DNA of 56,175 nt, the filler included, from Sphacelaria rigidula (Eukaryota), in assembly GCA_964200075.2 (NCBI GenBank). It is 6 parts of 6 records of this genome, joined end to end, with 100 filler letters (N's around TTAATTAATTAA, not from the genome) between each part and the next. Parts side by side here need not be neighbours in the genome. Positions count along the whole stretch, not along the records: positions 46,898 to 56,175 come from CAXNAA020008848.1; 5 more parts are not named here. The stretch is one strand, 5' to 3'. Within the stretch, counting starts at the first letter, position 1. Each line of letters opens with the position of its first letter. The notes below the pieces were generated by a model, which was given only the letters and a program-made list of their open reading frames with translations, was not told where the DNA came from and made no database searches. The translations under genes were made by a program, and so were the position numbers. Positions 50,661-56,175 of the stretch are shown here, one piece after another.

Positions 50661-53310
50661 TCAAGTCGCAGAAGGGACGGGAAACGCCGCTATGAGGACT
50701 GCACGCTCGCCTCCATCTTCACCGCGAAAATGGCTGTCATTTCTGGACTGCGCATCATCATCAGCGAATGCGCCGCGGGAAGGTGAAACATCGGACTTAC
50801 CCGACTTGCCTTCGTCCAAGAGCGTCTCTCGAGTGCTGTCGGAGGGAGCCACCGCAGGAGGAACAACATCTGAACGAACGGAGAGCGCGGGCGTTTCTGT
50901 CCCGGAATGGGCCACAGCGGTGGGGAAAAGAGCAACTCTAGTTGCTTGCCGTCTTGTGTTTGAGTGCTCCTGTTGTGTTTCGCTGTCATCGAGTACGCAG
51001 CGTCGTGTTCGTACGCACTGTTGCAGTACTAGGGGTGCGGTATCTAAAACAACGCTAATATAATGCGTGGTGTTTCGTTTGGAGTCAGACTTATTGCGTT
51101 GGAAGAACGGGGGCAAGTATAGATACCCACAACTTTTGCCTGAGGGTAAATATCCGTAGGAAGTTAACAACACGATCGGAGACCAATTCTTCTGGTCGAT
51201 GTAAACCTATCGTACGGGGCCGTACAGAACGCGACAGATGTTCAGCATCTCCTACGTGACACTTGACGGCAAGGGTGGCTCATTTGCCCATGCAGTCATT
51301 TTTCGAGTGAGATTGATGCTGTTTCAACGAATGACCTACGCTCGCGGTCGAAGGGTTGAGAGTATCTGACAGAGTTTTTTCTACTTCAAGAATTTTCAAG
51401 GGAGTATTTTTGTTGAACTCGAGAGGGAAAACGAAATTAAAATCGGAAAGTGCAAGGGGATCGGCAGGTGGGCATCTACCAGAATACACCGAACCTTATG
51501 ATGATAATGAGAAACTGCCCGAACAACCTCCAAGGCCATACTAGACCCCCAAACAAGCTGTCTCTCCGTATCTGGCAAACGACATCGATCTCCACTGGGA
51601 CACCCTGTGGATGGTGGCAATATCCACAGTGCTCATTTACATTCCGCCTGTATAGGTGCGCAGCTCGGGAGGCACGCCGCTGAAACGTCGACCACATGTC
51701 ATGTGAACCACAGTCAACAAGCCCACGTCGCTGAATTTGGGGTTGCGCGTTGCAACAGTGCGCAACGGGGTAAAAAGGGATCAAATTTTGTTCCGGGAAC
51801 GTAATTTTTCCTTTGGCCAATGACCTGTGTACTGCTTGCTGCTGGAGTACCTGCAGCAGTGCTAAAAAGAGCTCGAAGTCACTGTGTGCGCTGGCGCACA
51901 CGGGAGCCCGAAGCGATATGCGCTCCTCGCAGGGGCCCCCGGAGGCCGCCCCCAACTTAGAGGCAGCCGGAGCGAAGCATATGTTTTGTTCCCGTCAAGA
52001 TACACCAACATCTCTCAAAACTTGGGTTGTAGTAATAATTCATTTTTAGCCTACTAATTGGATTATTGTATTAATCAGTATATATCCGATGAAACATATG
52101 GGCTTGCTCGTCAAGAAACGCCGAAACATTGATAGACACATGGGTCAAAATGGTTCACGTTTCGTCATACAAATCTACGAATGCCTGCATGGTGCCTTTT
52201 GAGTAGACCACTACATGTATGCAACAAACAGCCCTACAAATAGCCCTAACGTGTTTTTCGCCTGCCGGCGAAAAGGACACCCGTATAATTGTTTTCGCCC
52301 GCGGTGAAAAATGTACGGTTAATTTTTGCTCCTCACGGCAAGCCGCAAATGACCTTTCAAAAACTCTGCGCTGGCCCATATGCACACACGCTTCTTGTTA
52401 CCCTGGCCTGCAGACCCTCAGAGCAGAGGATAGGAGTAGGAGCACAGTACCTTGGCCTGCACACTTTCGAGAAAACAAATGTCGTAGTGCAGGCCTTTGC
52501 AGAAGAAGAATTTTAAGTTGAAGAAGTTGGCGTTTAGCATCTCTTCCAACAGGAGGAATTTAGATTCAAGAATTTATGCTGAAATCGGAGAGAAAAGACG
52601 CGAATCTCGCCCAAAATAGAATACTTTCACTGTAATATATGTCGTGTTCTGCGACTCTGCTCGTGTACCGCAGTACCTATATTGTGAGCAAATGGTCGGT
52701 CGAGGAGCATGATATCGTGGCGTGGACGTTGGGTGTGAAACTACAACCTCCATGTCAGCTACTCTGGCAAAAAGGGTCAGCCATTTGCTTCTAAGCCTAT
52801 TCATACCCCATTGATTTCTTCAGCAGTAGGTATCCAAAACGGAAAAAAATAAGGAATACGAACACGAAACAGCTGCAGCCGAACAAACTTCCACAAAGGA
52901 AAATTCAGCATAATTTTTACTATGAGCTTGGCTAGTCAAGACACTCGCATTCCTTCGGCGCACGATAACTACCGTTGTTCGATTGACGCAGTTTTGGCGA
53001 TGATGCCATTGAGTATAATCGATTGATTTGATGGGTTGGTCAATTGTCGCGCTTTAACTGATCCCCCAGGGACCCAGCCGTGGTCACATGGTAGATGTAC
53101 CCCCGACACAAAAAACAAAAGTGAAATAGTTGCTGAAGAAACATGGAGACAAAACAAGAAAGGTAAAACAGATCAACAGAGTATACTAGAAAAGTGAAGA
53201 GAAAAATAACAGAACAAAGGATGCAGAAAAAAATGGCTGACCTTTGCCACATAGCTTCGACGAAAAAGGTCGTGCGCAGATAATGTGCGTCCCAAATCAT
53301 CTCTTCTTCA
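50661..53310 (-). CDS. 3' part of an uncharacterised multi-exon gene
   Basis: Several AG/GT-bounded segments near 53240-53305, 52676-52740 and 52451-52495 chain to DLFRRSYVAK-FHTQRPRHDIMLLDRPFAHNIG-LHYDICFLESVQAK. Other candidates lie at 51850-51955, 51495-51605 and 51340-51420, with a terminal low-complexity ORF ending at 50661. I could not make the full chain phase-consistent. Confidence 0.4.
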
Positions 53311-54159
53311 CACCGCGTTATGCCCACAATTTGTTTTCGTTTAGAAGTCGTTCTTCCGTACCCGCGATCGCAAATCCATTGTTATACAAAATATGAAAGC
53401 GCTGCCCGATTTGAAGAATGTTTTAACCAAACTTCACTTGGACGTTGTAGACGTCAGTTTCCAACCCTTGGGGCCGCTTCTTACAGCAAACAAAAGACGC
53501 GTTGTGAAAAACTGCAATTTTTATTCTTCTGCGTCGTTTTACGCCCTAAATGAGGGCTACGTGGATGTTGACACCTTGGAATACCTTGCTATACGAGCTT
53601 GGCTAGCTGACAGTGATTTTTGAATGTTTCGGGGTCAGGCTGTGGGAAAGTTGAGGAGTTTAGCCCTGAAGTTTTGATACGACGTATTTGTTATCAACAC
53701 GCGCAACATTTCTCGGGATGCCAAGAAAAAAATAAGAAACAGAAATTGTGAGCGATCTGAACTTTCAGCGCAAACTAGAGAAATTCCATACCACCGTGAA
53801 AATAAAGAAAAGCGGCGGCATCCCCAGAAATGTTGTGCATACTTGTCTGGAGGAGACCCCGATGAAATTTCGGCCAAACATCCTTGAAGTTGGGCGCAGC
53901 CGGGCACTTTTCGTGTGACACGGCTGAGTCCCGGTGGTCGAACTGGTACAACAGCCTCCAATTACAGTGCTTTTGTGTGTGGGTGAGAAGTGCTTATACC
54001 CCGGACAATAGACTATGTAATACAACATTGACGCTGCAAAAGCCCCGAAAATTTGATTGTCAATATTTTTGTCAGTCATAATCGACTGGCGTTTATGTCT
54101 ACCGATAGCTATTGTAGGCGAGAAAAGATTCGGGACAGGGGACAGAATGTATCATTGCC

Positions 54160-55270
54160 GTGACAATGGAGGTGCCAGGTTGTCTATCAATACATTGTAT
54201 TTGTTGCAATAGGCGCTGAATTATGGCCACCAATGTCTATTGCTAATCACAATAAGATCGACCACGCGGCCACCAATACAAATTGCTGGTCACAATAGGA
54301 TTTAAACGCCCACCAATGTCTATTGCGGATCACAATATCATCTGAATCGCGGCCACCAATGTATATTGCTGACCACATCAGTAGCTGAATGGCGTCGATT
54401 ACTAGCGCTATGTATGCACATTTTGCTACGTATGTTTCCACCTTATTTCACAGAAGCTACGGCCAGCTATCGCCTCAGATAGGCTTGTGTTCATGTGTGA
54501 GAGGTATTGCCGTTGATGTCATAGGACCACTGCAGTGAGCAGTATATTTTTCAAAACCTATCGTTGGCGTCACTGGCTATCGATGGGTGCTCCCGAGAAC
54601 AATCGATTCTTGACAGTGATGACCATATTGATGGATACCCAAAAGTACGTTGTTGGCGGCAGAGGCTACCGATGGACGGCTCACTAAATCTATTGATGGC
54701 GGTAATCGGTATAGAGAGATGGCTCACCTAATCTATTGATGACGAGAATGAATATCGATAGATGGCTCACTTAATCTATTGATAATGATAACGACTATCG
54801 ATGGATGGCTCACCAAACCTATTGATTACGGCAATGGCTATCAATATATACATCCCAGATTTGTTTTTTTACCTCGCACTTTGAACCCCTCCCCTTCCTC
54901 GGGGTGGGTCCGTGGTCTCAAGGGATCAATCCATCTCTCCTCCGGTACGCGCCTTACATTTTGGTCTCGCGGATTGGATCAGCACTCCCGCACCGTGTCA
55001 ACTCACATCACACAAATCCAGTCCACTACTTTGTTTACTCACGTTCTCACGCTATTGCAGTACATGATTTCCATCGATGGCGAGTGATGGTTACCTATTG
55101 TAATTGCCATAGGCTATCGATAGACCATTGCAACATCTATTGTCCCTTGCGATACATATGAATAGATGTGTTTCGCCATCTATCGTATTCGACCGAATAT
55201 ATCGATAGGTTTTCCCCCGTGCCTATTGCTGAAGCACTGGACTATCATTGTGTCCATTGTCCAGAGTGTG
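54160..55270. repeat. Degenerate ~40-43-bp tandem arrays (CCACCAATGTCTATTG and CTATCGATGGATGGCTCAC types)
   Basis: Units recur at 54227-54370 and at ~54577, 54666, 54709, 54752 and 54795; the flanks are ATCGAT-rich. Confidence 0.75.
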
Positions 55271-55589
55271 ATATATTGGTACCATGAGATTGCACAAATG
55301 TTGTCCCATCAATATATATTTGGGGCGTGCGGACGCCGACATATTGCACGACTAATATTTCCTGTGTCCCATAAGTCTGGTCGGTTATATTTGTACGAGC
55401 CCTTACCCGTGTCCGATCTGATTTCGATGTTTTTTTCGACGTCTCCGCTGTTTGTTAAGTAAGAAACATATTTTTTTTTCTGCAGCTCGCTGTTGAACTA
55501 TGCGGCCGAACGGTCGCAAAGAAACCAGTCGCCCCTCAAATGGCCATATTTCGCCTTTTTCTCAGGAGAAAAAAGAGTCCCAGAAAAAA

Positions 55590-55990
55590 TAACTCGTGGG
55601 TCGAGGAAATTCCCGGTCGTCTCGCCCACTTGGTCGCAGATGAAGTCGAGTCGGCGAAGCTTCTGAGCAGGGGAAAGGGAGGCTTTGATGCGGCGAGCCA
55701 CCTTTGCCGCCCCTTCTTTGTTGAACCACCGCCGCACGGTCTCCGCACCGTAATCCACACCGATGTCTTTCAGCTGACCGGACACCTGCCGGAGCGTAAA
55801 TAATCGATTCTGCTTGTTGACGTTCTTCAGCGCCGCAACCTTTGTTGGCGTGAGGAGCGACGAGCGTCCAGTCCTTGTGCCGTTCGAAAGGTCGACCTCC
55901 TAGGTAGCGTCGATCTGGGCCTTGGCGTTTTTCCACGATTCCGTCGGGAACTCGGGACTAACACCGTAGCGTTCGCAAATGGGCCCCAGC
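55590..55990 (-). mobile_element. Tc1/mariner-like transposase N-terminal relic
   Basis: Reads LTPTKVAALKNVNKQNRLFTLRQVSGQLKDIGVDYGAETVRRWFNKEGAAKVARRIKASLSPAQKLRRLDFI, an HTH followed by the KPxLTxxQKxxRLxF-like motif. It breaks off before the DDE/D core. Confidence 0.75.
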
Positions 55991-56175
55991 GAGCCCTAGG
56001 GCACCCTCGCCTTGCCCGGTGGAGTAGCGAGCGCAACCTCCGTCGCAATCGCATAGTGGCGACCCAATTGTAGCTCGCCACCCGTTCGGCGGGGGGGGGG
56101 GGGTACTCGGGGGTAAGTCCATCGTATTGTGATATCTGTGGGGTTGGTGGGGGGTGTTTGACCCGAATTCTCATA

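Overview
This is eukaryotic nuclear DNA, most likely a brown alga or related stramenopile. The basis is short exons in long GT-AG introns, bipartite plastid-targeting presequences and EsV-1-7 repeats. It is a gapped scaffold: five N-runs carry an artificial TTAATTAATTAA linker, plus one short N-run near 48850, so contig order across gaps is unproven. Splicing exons by hand gives an S49/SohB-type peptidase (+, 5' part missing), a long-N-terminus ankyrin-repeat protein (+, incomplete) and a complete plastid-targeted ClpS-like adaptor (+). The ClpS-like gene lies head-to-head with a second plastid-targeted gene (-). There is also the 5' part of a glycosylasparaginase/AGA (-) and exons of two uncharacterised minus-strand genes. 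Much of the rest is mobile DNA: a decayed Ty3/gypsy element with a 3' LTR, hAT and Tc1/mariner transposase relics, a piggyBac-type MITE, tRNA-derived SINE-like repeats and several dispersed and tandem repeats. The most intriguing items are an EsV-1-7 repeat array with one in-frame stop downstream of ~3.5 kb I could not identify, the ClpS with an altered N-degron pocket, and a TIR family with TTAGGG-like motifs. I found no convincing evidence for a wholly new multi-gene system.
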